Origin: an uncultured Sphingobacteriaceae bacterium
GTDB taxonomy: Bacteria > Bacteroidota > Bacteroidia > Sphingobacteriales > Sphingobacteriaceae
Direction: 5' to 3'
DNA length: 64,000 nucleotides
Assembly: GCA_963757615.1 (NCBI GenBank)
Contig: CAVWSO010000011.1
Span: 42,334 to 106,333, forward strand
Made by a program: the position numbers and the translations under genes. Each line of letters opens with the position of its first letter. The first letter of the stretch is position 1. The notes under the pieces are model-generated. The model had not been told where the DNA came from. It searched no databases and saw only the letters and a list, made by a program, of their open reading frames with translations. Shown here in pieces: positions 32,265-44,826 of this stretch.

Positions 32265-33262
32265 ATGGAAACAGTTGTTAGTGGTATACGTTCCACCGGG
32301 AAATTGCATTTAGGAAATTATTACGGAGCCATACAAAACTTCGTAAAGATGCAGCATGAATATAACTGCTATTTTTTTATTGCCGATTGGCATTCGCTTA
32401 CCACGCACCCTACCCCCTCTGATCTGCATGGAAATGTAAAACAGGTCCTGGTGGAGTACCTCGCTGCGGGTATCGATCCGGAAAAAGCAACGATCTATAT
32501 CCAGTCCGACGTGCCCGAAGTTTCCGAACTGTACCTGTACCTGAACATGAATGCCTACATGGGCGAGCTGGAGCGCAGCACTTCTTTTAAAGATAAAGTG
32601 CGTGCACAATCCGGATAATGTGAACGCCGGACTGCTGACCTACCCTGTTTTGATGGCGGCCGATATCATTATTCATAAGGCCACAAAAGTCCCCGTGGGG
32701 AAAGACCAGGAACAACACCTGGAAATGGCCCGTACTTTTGCCAACCGTTTTAACCGCCTGTATAACCATGATATGTTTCCCTGAGCCCTATGCTTTCAAC
32801 TTTTCGCAAAACCTGGTAAAAATACCCGGGCTTGACGGCAAAGGAAAAATGGGCAAATCTGAAGGCGAAGGCAACGCTGTTTATTTGTCCGATTCACCGG
32901 AGGTTATCCGCAAAAAAGTGATGCGGGCAGTAACCGACAGCGGCCCGACTACTGAGAACCAGCAAAAACCGGTCGAAATACAAAACCTGTTTGATCTGAT
33001 GAAGGTGGTTTCCTCCAGCGACACCTACACCCATTTTGACGCGCTTTATAACAGTTGCCAGATCCGTTACGGGGATCTGAAAAAACAGCTTGCCGAAGAT
33101 ATGATCATTGCCACAGCCCCAATCCGCGAAAAGATAAACGACATCAGCCGGGATACGGCCTATCTGCACAAGGTCGCCCTGCATGGCGCAGAAAAAGCCC
33201 GGGAAAGTGCATCAAAAACGATACGGCAGGTAAGAGAAATAATCGGATTCAGAAGTTTTTAA
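32265..33262 (+). CDS. trpS: Tryptophan--tRNA ligase (frameshifted)
   Basis: [14 protein letters not shown] (HIGH), [26 protein letters not shown]. Confidence 0.95.
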
Positions 33263-33265
33263 TCA

Positions 33266-33378
33266 GTTCTCTGTTGATAGTTCATAGTTCATAGTGTATA
33301 TTAGTCGAACGTAGTTAACTGTGGATTTTATACTTTTTTATAAAGAGCTATGAACCGCGAACCATCAACCCTGAACTG
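33266..33378. repeat. Inverted degenerate heptamer arrays
   Basis: GTTCTCT GTTGATA GTTCATA GTTCATA G, then CTATGAA CCGCGAA CCATCAA CCCTGAA. Confidence 0.7.
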
Positions 33379-33387
33379 AAAGCAAGC

Positions 33388-34003
33388 ATGCACATAGCTA
33401 TTGTAGGAAACATCGGCGCTGGTAAAACCACGCTTACTGAATTACTGGCCAAAAATTACGGGTACGAAGCAATTTTACGAGGCTGTAGACAACAATCCCT
33501 ATCTGGAGGATTTTTACAGCGATATGAAGCGCTGGAGCTTTAACCTGCAGATCTATTTTCTAAACAGCCGTTTCAGACAGATCTCCGAAATCCAAAAAGA
33601 CAACCGGAATATTATTCAGGACCGTACCATATACGAGGATGCCTACATCTTTGCCGAGAATCTGCATGATATGGGTCTGATGACCACCCGTGACTATGAG
33701 AACTACCGTGCTATTTTTGATAATATAACGGCTTTTATCAAACCACCTGATCTGCTGGTTTACCTAAAAGCATCCGTACCTACACTGGTAAACAATATAC
33801 AGCGCCGCGGCAGAGAATACGAGATCGGCATACGTTTGGATTACCTGTCCAAATTGAACGAAAAATATCAGAAATGGATCAGCGGCTATAAATTGGGCAA
33901 AGTGCTGATACTCGACAAGGACAAACTTGACTTTGCCAATAATACCGAAGATATGGCCTCCATTGTGGAGAAGATTGAAAGGGAGATCAATGGATTGTTT
34001 TAA
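33388..34003 (+). CDS. Deoxynucleoside kinase (one frameshift)
   Basis: MHIAIVGNIGAGKTT, QDRTIYED, PDLLVYL, IQRRGREYE. Confidence 0.9.
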
Positions 34004-34067
34004 GATATTTCTGATTCCTTGTGCGTCATCTTTGTAATTTAGCAACCTAAGACGTACATCCTCAAAA

Positions 34068-34810
34068 ATGAATATTCTCGGTATCATACCCGCCCGCTAC
34101 GCATCTACCCGTTTTCCGGGTAAACCACTGGTTGATATTGCCGGCAAAAGCATGATTCAGCGGGTATACGAGCAGGCTAAAAAATGTGTGCATATGTCGG
34201 AGGTATTTGTTGCCACCGATGATGACCGCATTTTCAGCCATGTAACTGGTTTTGGCGGAAAGGCAATAATGACCTCACCCGAACATCAGAGCGGTACCGA
34301 CCGCTGTGCTGAAGTGGCGCTTAAAGCATCCGCAATATGACGTAATCATCAATATCCAGGGGGATGAGCCCTTATATTGAACCCGGAGCAGATCATCAGC
34401 TGATCGGTTGCTTTGACACGGGCGAAACACAGATTGCGACCCTGGTAAAAAAGGTGACGACCCAGCAGGAACTGCACAATACCAACTCGCCCAAAGTGAT
34501 CGTAAATAAACTATGGGAAGCGATTTACTTTTCACGTTCGCCATTGCCGCATATCCGCGGACAGGAGCCACAAAACTGGCTGCAGCATTTTACTTATTTT
34601 AAGCATATCGGTATCTATGGTTACCGGGCGGATATTTTGCAGCAGATCACCCGGCTGCCGGTATCATCCCTCGAAAAAGCCGAAAGCCTGGAGCAGCTGC
34701 GCTGGATAGAGAACGGGTTTCGCATTAAGGTAGCTGAAACGGAGCTGGAAACTTATGCAATTGATACGCCGGAGGATTTGGAAGTATTAAAATCTAAAAA
34801 CTATCTTTAG
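34068..34810 (+). CDS. kdsB: 3-deoxy-manno-octulosonate cytidylyltransferase (frameshifted)
   Basis: [47 protein letters not shown]. Confidence 0.95.
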
Positions 34811-35001
34811 GGTCTAAACCTTTAAAATTGAAAGTTTCCAAAATTATTTCGGCCGTGAGACCCGGCTCCTTATCACACATCACGAACCTTTTCAACAATT
34901 AAAACTTTATCGTTGGCGTTCTGAAATTAATGCCTACTTTTGTATCCCGTACACAAACATTGGTACAGGCGTAAAAACCGGTGCTAAATATCAAAAAAAT
35001 C

Positions 35002-36615
35002 ATGACTAAATATATATTTGTTACGGGCGGCGTTACTTCGTCGTTAGGAAAAGGCATTATTTCAGCTTCATTAGCCAAACTGCTGCAATCACGCGGTTAC
35101 CGCGTAACCATCCAAAAATTCGATCCCTATATCAACATCGATCCCGGAACACTGAACCCCTATGAACATGGTGAATGCTATGTAACCGAAGATGGCGCCG
35201 AAACCGATCTTGACCTTGGCCACTACGAGCGTTTTTTAAATACGCCAACATCTAAAGCCAATAACATTACCACCGGCCGCATTTACCAAAATGTGATCAA
35301 CACGCGAACGCGAAGGCGCATTTTTAGGTAAAACCGTACAGGTGGTTCCGCATATTACCGATGAGATCAAAAGAAACATCCGCCTGCTGGGCGAAAGCGG
35401 CGATTATGATATTGTGATCACCGAACTTGGCGGTACGGTAGGCGACATTGAGTCGTTGCCTTATATTGAAGCGGTAAGACAGTTCAGGTGGGAAGTTGGA
35501 TCGGGCAATTCACTGGTTATCCACTTAACGCTTATTCCTTTCCTTGCTGCAGCAGGCGAATTAAAGACCAAACCAACCCAGCACTCGGTTAAAATGCTGC
35601 TGGAATATGGTATACAGCCCGATATACTGGTTTGCCGTACCGAGCACCACCTTAACCATGGATATCCGCAAAAAAATAGCGCTGTTTTGTAATGTGAACA
35701 TCAATGCGGTTATCGAATCAATCGATGCTTCAACCATATACGATGTGCCGTTGTTGATGCTAAAAGAGCAACTGGACAAAACGGTGTTGGCCAAATTAAA
35801 GCTTCCGCATAAAAGCGAACCGGACCTGGAAAGCTGGAAAGACTTTTTGGGCCGCTTAAAAAACCCGACATCCGAAGTACGAATAGGCCTGGTTGGTAAA
35901 TATGTTGAGCTGCCGGATGCTTATAAATCAATTACCGAATCATTCATCCACGCCGGCTCAAAAAACGAATGCAAGGTGCGGGTTGAATATATCCCGTCGG
36001 AACAGTTAACCCCGGAAAATGCTATTGAGCGCTTAAAGGATCTGCACGGTGTATTGGTTGCACCCGGCTTTGGCGAACGTGGTTTTGAAGGCAAGATTGA
36101 AGCGATACGCTATGTGCGCGAAAATAATATTCCGTTTTTTGGTATTTGCCTGGGTATGCAATGCGCGGTAGTTGAATTTGGCCGTAATGTTTTTGGACTT
36201 AAAGAATGCCAGCAGCACCGAAATGAACGACCATACGCCGCACCCGGTGATCGCCATGATGGAAGAGCAGAAGAAAATAAAAAACAAAGGCGGCACCATG
36301 CGTTTGGGCGCTTATGCCTGCGACCTGAAAAAGGGAAGCAAAGCAGCCACAATTTATGGCAAAACGCATATCTCCGAGCGCCACCGCCACCGTTACGAGT
36401 TTAATAACAAGTATCTTAAACAATATGAAAATGCCGGATTGGTACCTTCCGGCATCAACCCTGACAATAACCTTGTAGAGATCGTTGAGCTAAAAAATCA
36501 CCCGTTTTTCATCGGCGGGCAATTTCATCCGGAATTAAAATCAACAGTTGCTAATCCTCACCCACTTTTTGTTAACTTTGTCGCCGCTTCGCTGGCATAT
36601 GCCCGCAAGAAGTAA
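35002..36615 (+). CDS. pyrG: CTP synthase (frameshifted)
   Basis: [55 protein letters not shown]. Confidence 0.97.
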
Positions 36616-36637
36616 ATAAATGTACGATATACAAAAA

Positions 36638-38475
36638 ATGGATAAAAATACATACACAGGATTTTTCCTGATCGTTTTGATCATGCTGGGGTCTTATTTC
36701 TTTTTGAAGCCCGTCTGAAGCTGAGCTAAAAAAGGAAAAGATAGGCTCACGGATTCAATAAAAAGAGCAAAAGCTGCCCAAAGCAACCGCTACAACAACC
36801 GCTAAAAGCCGATACGGCGCAAAAAAGTCGCCGCAAGTCGTTGATTCTGCAGTTTTAAAAACGCCTTTTGGCGCCGCTACCGTTGGTACTGAAAAGTTCA
36901 TCACGCTTGAAAATCAAGGAGCTCCGTGTAAAATTGAGCACCCAGGGCGGCCGGGTTTATTCGGTGGAGCTAAAAAACTATAAAACTTTTGATAAAAAGC
37001 CGCTGATATTATTTGATGGCGATAAACAATCATTTTGGCCTGAACTTCCTGCCGCAGGATAAGAACTATCAATACCGACGAGCTTTATTTTACGCCAAGC
37101 GCGGACAATCTGAGTGTTGCTGAAAAAGATTCGAGCTCGATAACCATGCGCTTAAGCTACAGCGCAACGCAATATATTGATTATATTTATTCGTTAAAAG
37201 GAACAGGTTTTAAACTTGGTTTAACATTAAAACCACCGGACTAGACAATGTTATTGCCAACAGCAATACCTTTAACCTCGACTGGCAGTCAAGCCTGCGC
37301 AAGCAGGAAAAGGATATGAAGCAGGAGCGTCAGTACTCAACTGTTTGGTATTTTAATACGGACAATGACGTTGATTGCCTGAGTACAAGCAAAGACGATC
37401 AAAAGACCATCGCCGATAAAAAAATGCAATGGGTAGCATTTAAAGCAGCATTTCTTTTCGAGTATACTGATCGCCAAACAAGGCTTTGATAAATCAAACC
37501 TGACGGTAAGCACTGACGTTACCAACAATACAGATATCAAGCAAATGAAGGCCGACTTATCCTTTACACGTGCTGCCGATGGTAGTTTCCCGTTGGAGTT
37601 TTATTTCGGACCAAATAAGTTTAAACATTTTAGAAAAACAGGGTTACAGCCTTGAAAAAGTAGTTGATCTGGGCTGGGGCCCATTGAAATACATCAACCG
37701 TTTTGCGGTGCTTGCCGGTATTTAATTTCCTTGAACAGTTTAACTGGAACTATGGTCTTATAATACTGGCCTTAACCGTTCGTCTTAAGCTGGTGCTTAT
37801 CGCCGCTTACCTACAAATCGTACCTGTCGATGGCCAAGATGCGCGTGTTGAAGCCGGAAATGGACGAGATCAAAGCAAAAGTCGGCGAAGATAACCCTAC
37901 CCTGCTGCAGCAGGAATATATGAAACTATACAAAAAGGCGGGCGTAAACCCCTTGGGCGGATGTTTGCCCTTGCTGATACAAATGCCTATCGTGATCGCA
38001 TTTTTCCGCTTTTTCCCGAGCTTATTTGAGCTGCGCGGCGCAAAGCTTTTTATGGATGCATGACCTTTCCACCTATGATTCAGTGATCACTTTCACGCCC
38101 ATATTTGGAGCGGACCACATCAGTTTGATGTGTTTGCTGATGACCATTTCGACGCTGGTTTATACTTATTTTAACAACCAGATATCCGGCGCAACCGGCC
38201 AAATGAAATATATCGGCTACATCACCCCGGTGATATTCCTGGTCACGCTGAACAGTTATCCGTCGGGTTTGAATTATTATTATTTCCTGGCCAACATGCT
38301 GACCTTTGCTACAGCAGTACCTGATCCGCTTTATGGTGGACGATAAAAAGATCCACGCCCAGATACAGGAAAACAAAAAGAAACCGGAGGAGAAAAAGAA
38401 AAAAACAGGTTTTCAGGCACGCATGGAAGAAATGATGCGCCAGCAGCAGCAGGTGCAGCCCAGAAGAAAAAATAA
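36638..38475 (+). CDS. yidC: Membrane protein insertase YidC (heavily frameshifted)
   Basis: MDKNTYTG start, NYGLIILALT, SMAKMRVLKPE, VNPLGGCLPLLIQMPI, FLWMHDLS, PSGLNYYY. Confidence 0.93.
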
Positions 38476-38509
38476 GTTGAAGTCAAAAGCGAAATTCCAA
38501 TTACGATCC

Positions 38510-38542
38510 ATAGCCCGGCTTATCATCCGGGCTATTTTTTTT
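38510..38542 (+). terminator. Intrinsic terminator after yidC
   Basis: ATAGCCCGG...CCGGGCTAT followed by a T-run. Confidence 0.85.
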
Positions 38543-38622
38543 GTTGCCCCGGGAGACAATCAACATTGCAAATTCCGACTTTAAACTAAAAGAATTAGCA
38601 AAAATTCTTTTAAATTTGACAT

Positions 38623-39982
38623 ATGTATGCGATTGTGGATATTGAGACTACAGGAGGGCATGCCAGCGCCAATGGCATTACCGAAGTTGCCATTTGCATA
38701 CATGATGGAAAAAGATAACTCAGCGCTACAGCACACTGGTAAACCCGGGAAGGGATATACCGATTTACATCAGCGCACTACCGGTATCACCAATGAAATG
38801 GTGCAAAATGCCCCGCCGTTTGAGGATGTGGCCGCAGATATTTACCACCTGCTGAACGGCAAAATATTTGTGGCGCACAATGTCAATTTCGATTTTTCTT
38901 TTATTCGTTATCATTTGGCCGCTGCGGGATACGAACTGCAATGCAATAAATTGTGTACCGTAAGGCTTGGCCGTAAAATATTGCCCGGCCTGCCGTCCTA
39001 TAGCCTGGGCAAACTTTGCCGGCATCTGGGTATAGAAAATGAGAGCCGTCACCGTGCAGCGGGCGATGCCGAAGCTACCGCAACTTGTTTTCGCTGCTGC
39101 TGCAAAGCGACACAGGAAAATCATATCTGCGCAGGCTTTAAAACAACATTCAAAGGAGCAGGTATTGCCTGCAAATTTGCCCAAAGAGGATATCGAACTG
39201 TTGCCATATACGCCGGGGGTATATTATTTTCACGATGAAAAAGGCAAAGTAATTTATGTGGGCAAGGCAGGAAAATCAAAAAAAGGGTATGCAGCCATTT
39301 CACCGGCAACAACCCGGGCCTGCAGCGGCAGGAATTTCTGCGCAATATCCATCATATCACTTACCAGAGATGCGGAACGGAACTGATTGCTTTCGTGCTG
39401 GAAGCAATCGAGATCAAACGCTTGTGGCCAAAATATAACCGCTCGTTAAAACGTTTTGAGCATGCTTACGGGCTTTATGCATTTGAGGACCAGAGCGGAT
39501 ATATGAGGCTGGCAGTAGACAAGCGCCGTAAAATGACCGCCGCTATATACCTGCAATTCGCTGTTGAAGGCCGCAATATGCTTACTGCGGCTGATAGAAG
39601 AGTTTGAACTTTGCCCGAAATTGTGCTTTATCCAAACCAAAACGAGCCCTGCACCGGCGCTCGACAGCATCTGTGCGCCTGCGAAGGGGTAGAAACCGCA
39701 GAAGAATATAATCAAAAGAGTAAAGCCGCCATTGATGAGCTCAAGGGACGCCTGCCCACATTTGCCATCCGCGATGAAGGCCGCAAAGATGATGAACATA
39801 GCTGCATTTTGATTGAAAAAGGCCAGTTTTATGGCATGGGTTATATTTCCCATTATTTTGATGCCGATAACCTGGAGCAGCTAAAAAATCACCTTACCCC
39901 TTATCCCGGTAATGATTATATCCGGAACATGGTATCCAATTATGCATTAAGATATCCCGAGCGCACGATGGTGTTTGGTTGA
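38623..39982 (+). CDS. DEDDh 3'-5' exonuclease fused to a GIY-YIG (UvrC/Cho-like) domain (frameshifted)
   Basis: MYAIVDIETTGG, VAHNVNFD, HRAAGDA; PGVYYFHD..VIYVGKA; EAIEIKRLWPKYN. Confidence 0.88.
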
Positions 39983-39994
39983 TTTTCTGGGGAC

Positions 39995-40834
39995 TCAGAT
40001 AATCCCGGCTTTTTCCAATTCGGCTTGCATTTGCTGCTGAACTTTTAAAGCTTCTGCCCTGGCCGCTTCGGCAAAATCTTCGCCGTTGGAAGCATAAATA
40101 ATGGCCCTTGAACTATTGACGATCAGTCCGCAGTCTTTGTTCATGCCATATTTGCATACTTCTGCCAGGCTCCGCCCTGCGCTCCTACGCCGGGTACGAG
40201 TAAAAAATGATCGGGTGCAAGTTTGCGGATATTGACAAACTCGTGGCTTTTGGTAGCGCCTACCACATACATGATACGATCGGCACCGGCCCAGGTATTG
40301 GCTTTTTTGTATCACAGCCTCGTACAGATGGCCATTGCCTGTTTGCAGGTATTGAAAATCCTTGCTTCCGACCGATGAGGTAAGCGCCAGCAGGATCACC
40401 CATTTACCCTGATAAGCCAGATAAGGCAGTCACCGCATCGTGGCCCATATAAGGCGAAACGGTAATCGCGTCAAAGCTCATTCCCGATGCCGCTTCATCA
40501 AAAAAGGCCTTTGGCATACATATCAGAAGTATTGCCGATGTCTCCGCGTTTGGCATCAATAATACTTAAGACAATCTTTTGGCAAATATTCCAGCTGTAG
40601 CTACCAGACTTTGCAAACCTTTTACGACCATGTTTCTCGTAAAAAGCAGCATTGGGTTTGTAGGCAATACACAGATCACGCGTAGCATCAATAATCCGCT
40701 TGTTAAATTCAAAGATCGGATCAGGGTATTGCTTTAAAAACGCAGGTATTTTTTCGATATCAGTATCGAGGCCTACGCATAAAAATGATTTTTTTTGTTT
40801 GATTTGCTGTATGAGTTGCTGGCGGGATAATCAT
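39995..40834 (-). CDS. pyrF: Orotidine-5'-phosphate decarboxylase (frameshifted)
   Basis: [51 protein letters not shown]. Confidence 0.9.
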
Positions 40835-41095
40835 GGAGACGCTTTTAATATTTTGAATATTCAAAAAAACTAAAAAATAAGCTAAGTGTTGGCTTATAAA
40901 AACATATTTTTTCAAATTTTTTGAATTCTAAAATTAATTGAGTAAAATTGCAGTGTTATCCTTTGAATTTTTCTTGCACTAAAGAAACAATTTAAAAATC
41001 CACGTTATTCCATAATTTTTAGATGTTGCGAAAGCAAAGTTGCAAGATAATTTCTTTCAAATAAAATATTTCCTTTTGAACTATTATATAATATC

Positions 41096-42721
41096 ATGTT
41101 TGATACAACCGAATTGAACGACAAACTCGTTTCAGAGTTGCGCGAAATGGCAAAGAGTTTAGGTATCGCCGAAGCTGAGGATCTTAGAAAACCCCAGCTG
41201 ATCAGCAGAATCGTTGAACAGGAGCAATTGATTGAAGCTGCCCGCGCCCAACAAACGGCCATTAACGATAATTACAGCGAGATCAAAGCGCGGCCCCGGC
41301 CGAGCAGACTGCTGAAAAACCGCGTAAAAGAACCCGTACCACAAAAACCAAGAGCAGCACTGCGCCGCGCATAGAAGTCCCTTTGGACGATACTAATTTG
41401 TTTGATATGCCGGATGATGAAACGCCGGAAGCCGATAGCGAAACGGAAATTGAAGCTGACCAGCTTGTAGCTTCGGCCAGCCTGGCGAAGAAGATGCTGC
41501 CGTAAAGGCGAGATGGCATTCCTTCGGAACCGCAAGGCACCAAAATTTGAACGCCGGTTCAACCAGAATCAGCCAAAAAAGCAGGAGCCTGCTATTAACC
41601 TCGATTTTGACAACGTTATTGTAAATGAAGGTGTGCTGGAGATTATGCCTGATGGTTACGGTTTTCTCCGTTCATCGGATTATAATTATCTTACTTCTCC
41701 GGATGATATTTATGTTTCGCAATCACAGATAAAATTATTCGGACTTAAAAACCGGCGATACCGTGCGCGGAAGTATCCGTCCGCCAAAAGAAGGTGAAAA
41801 ATATTTTCCGCTGGTACGTGTGGAAGCCATTAACGGCCGTGGTCCTGCCGAAGTGCGCGACCGTGTTCCCTTTGACCACTTAACTCCTCTTTTCCCTTCG
41901 GAAAGACTGGGCCTGTTTACGGATGCGGGTAATTATTCAACCCGTATCATGGACCTTTTTCTCCTATAGGTAAAGGACAGCGTGGCTTGATCGTGGCGCA
42001 GCCAAAAACAGGTAAAACCATGCTGTTAAAGGATGTGGCAAATGCGATAGCCAAAAACCATCCCGAAGTTTACCTGATCATCCTGTTGATTGACGAACGT
42101 CCCGAGGAGGTAACCGATATGGCCCGCAGCGTACGCGCTGAAGTGGTATCGTCAACCTTTGACGAGCCCGCTGAACGCCACGTAAAAATTGCCAACATCG
42201 TGCTGGAAAAAGCAAAACGTATGGTGGAATGCGGCCATGATGTGGTGATTCTGCTGGATTCCATCACCCGCCTGGCACGTGCTTATAATACCGTTGCACC
42301 GGCATCGGGTAAAATATTATCCGGTGGTGTTGATGCCAATGCACTGCACAAGCCAAAACGCTTTTTTGGTGCCGCCCGTAATATTGAAGACGGTGGTTCA
42401 TTAACCATCATCGCTACTGCCTTAACAGAAACCGGCTCAAAAATGGACGAAGTGATATTCGAAGAATTTAAAGGTACCGGTAATATGGAATTGCAACTCG
42501 ACCGTAAATTATCCAACAAACGTATATTCCCTGCTATTGATATCACCGCATCAAGTACCCGCCGTGACGATCTGTTGCTCGACCGCGATACATTGCAGCG
42601 CGTATGGATATTGCGCAATCACCTGGCCGATATGAATTCGCAGGAAGCGATGGAATTTTTGCAAGGCCAGATCAAAGGCACAAAAACAAACGAAGAATTC
42701 CTGATCTCCATGAATTCTTAA
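41096..42721 (+). CDS. rho: Transcription termination factor Rho with N-terminal insertion (frameshifted)
   Basis: [71 protein letters not shown]. Confidence 0.97.
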
Positions 42722-42809
42722 TAATTTTCGACAGTCGATGAAGTTATAAATTATTTATAATCTTCACGATTCCATAATCAATAAACCGTGCATATCTTCT
42801 TGCCTGCAA

Positions 42810-43558
42810 ATGAAGAAACGCGTTAACAAACATGTACCGAATGCTATTACCTGTGCCAACCTGTTTAGTGGTTGCGTAGGTATTGTTTTGGCTTTTCAGG
42901 GCGAATCTGATTACTGGCTGCCTATGCGCTGTTTCTTGCGGCTATTTTTGATTTTTTTGACGGACTTGCCTCACGGGTGCTAAAATCATTTTCGGGAATA
43001 GGCAAGGACCTGGATTCACTGGCTGATATGGTGAGTTTTGGTTTTTGCCTTCAGCAATTATATATCAGCTGTTTTTACAGGCGCCACCAGATACACAATG
43101 TGAGCCCCTGGCTTGAATTTCAGCGCTTTTTAATAGCTGTATTTTCGATGCTCAGACTGGCCAAATTTAATAATGATACCCGGCAGGCCGAAAGTTTTAT
43201 CGGTTTGCCAACCCCGGCCAATGCGATCCTGATCGCTTCGTTGCCATTCATTATTAGACCATCATCACAGGTTTTACAGCCTATATATTAAACCCTTACG
43301 TGCTTGCCATGTTTTGTGGTGGTAATGTGCGCGTTGTTGGTGGCTGAAATACCGATGATGTCGCTAAAATTCAAGAACAGCGATTTAAACAAAAATATTT
43401 ATCGTTATTTATTGCTGCTGTTTTCGGCAATATTGATACTATTTTTTAAATTTGCGGCAGTTCCGGTGATCATAGTTATGTATATCACCTTTTCTATAAT
43501 TCAATTTAAATTCTCTAATGATACGATGGTAAGCGGTCAGAAGAAAACAGACCACTGA
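42810..43558 (+). CDS. pssA: CDP-diacylglycerol--serine O-phosphatidyltransferase family (frameshifted)
   Basis: PNAITCANLFSG, FDFFDGLASR..GKDLDSLADMVSFG, RLAKFN, FIGLPTP. Confidence 0.85.
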
Positions 43559-43586
43559 AAACGCGTCATAAATAAACACTACAATA

Positions 43587-43842
43587 ATGAAAAAATTCCA
43601 GGCTGAAATAGACGTAATGCCCAAAAAAGAAATACTCGACCCGCAGGGAAAGGCAGTAACCGGAAGTATGAAAAATCTTGGATTAGCCGAAATACATAAC
43701 GTACGTATCGGCAAACATATTTCGCTCGAAATTGAAGCCGATAACGAAGAAACTGCCCATGCTAAAGTTGAACAGGCCTGCAAAAACCTATTAGCTAACC
43801 TTATTATGGAAAGCTACAGCTATTAAAATAGAGAAAGTTTAA
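43587..43842 (+). CDS. purS: Phosphoribosylformylglycinamidine synthase subunit PurS
   Basis: ILDPQGKAV, VRIGKHI, CKNLLAN; stop at 43826 as read, or 43842 if one indel is removed. Confidence 0.92.
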
Positions 43843-44221
43843 AGTTCAGCTTCTTTTTCGGCTTTAATTCGGACCAGTGAGCTCAGATTGGTATCTATAA
43901 TATCTTTTGCCTGGTTAAATTTAGCTGACAATCTGGTCCGGCTCCTGTCCTCCTGCTTTGCTGAGCAATTCGATATCCTGCAATAATTGCCTGCGATAAT
44001 GAGCATTCCAAAGAAACCCATGGACGGTTTTAATTTATGTGCCGCAGCTGCTGCTGTAACCCAGTCACCCGATTTTATAGAAGCTGTCAATAATATCTGC
44101 ATGAATTCTGGCGTCTGCTGTAGAAGCATATCGATGGATTCAATCACAAATTCATCGCTGCCATCAGCAATTTCATATAAAAACGTAAGATCCAGATCCG
44201 TGTAGCAGGGCTATCAGGCAT
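43839..44221 (-). CDS. Standalone Hpt (histidine phosphotransfer) domain protein (frameshifted)
   Basis: DLTFLYEIADGSDEFV..., AAHKLKPS phospho-His motif. Confidence 0.85.
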
Positions 44222-44251
44222 GTTGGTATATTAGGTGTTATAATTTCAAAA

Positions 44252-44739
44252 TTATAATTTTTTTACGATCAAGTTATCTTTAAGTTCGGTTTTAAGATGA
44301 AAAATACTTTGTTTAAGCACGGGATGAATAAGATCCGGCGCAATTTCACTCAAGCGGCACTAAAGTAAACATGCGTTCATGCAACTCGGGATGCGGAATA
44401 TGTCAAATCGGGTTCGTTGATAATGACCTGCCCGCCATAAAATAAAATATCAATATCGATAGTGCGCGAACCCCATTTTTCTTCCCTTTTCCGCCCAAGC
44501 ATGTTTTCAATATCGAGTATTTTTTCAAGATACCTGCTGGCTGACAGTCTGGTTTGCAACTGTATTACCTGGTTCAGATAATCGGGCGCATCGCTTTTCC
44601 CCCATGATTGGGTTTCATAGACCGAAGACTGGCTTAGAAAACCGGAGCAATATCGGTTTCGATATGTTCGATAGCTCTTTGCAGAAACAGCTGCCTGTCG
44701 CCCAAATTACTTCCCAAGTAATAAAAAAACATCAATCAT
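44252..44739 (-). CDS. folK: 2-amino-4-hydroxy-6-hydroxymethyldihydropteridine diphosphokinase (frameshifted)
   Basis: VFLLLGSNLGDR, YLNQV, WGSRTIDIDIL, PHPELHERMFTLVPL. Confidence 0.92.
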
Positions 44740-44826
44740 TGTTGTAACAAATATTATAGATAAAGCTCTTAATATTATCCGTACTGAATTGCTAAGTTTG
44801 CATAGATAAAAGATTTATAATATTTA

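Noticed and set aside
28867-33378. CRISPR array or IS terminal repeats
   Set aside because: The repeats are degenerate 7-mers without unique spacers; no cas gene or transposase in the window.
38623-39982. Exonuclease/GIY-YIG gene as a defence nuclease or homing endonuclease
   Set aside because: It matches the common DnaQ-like plus UvrC-N fusion in a housekeeping context.
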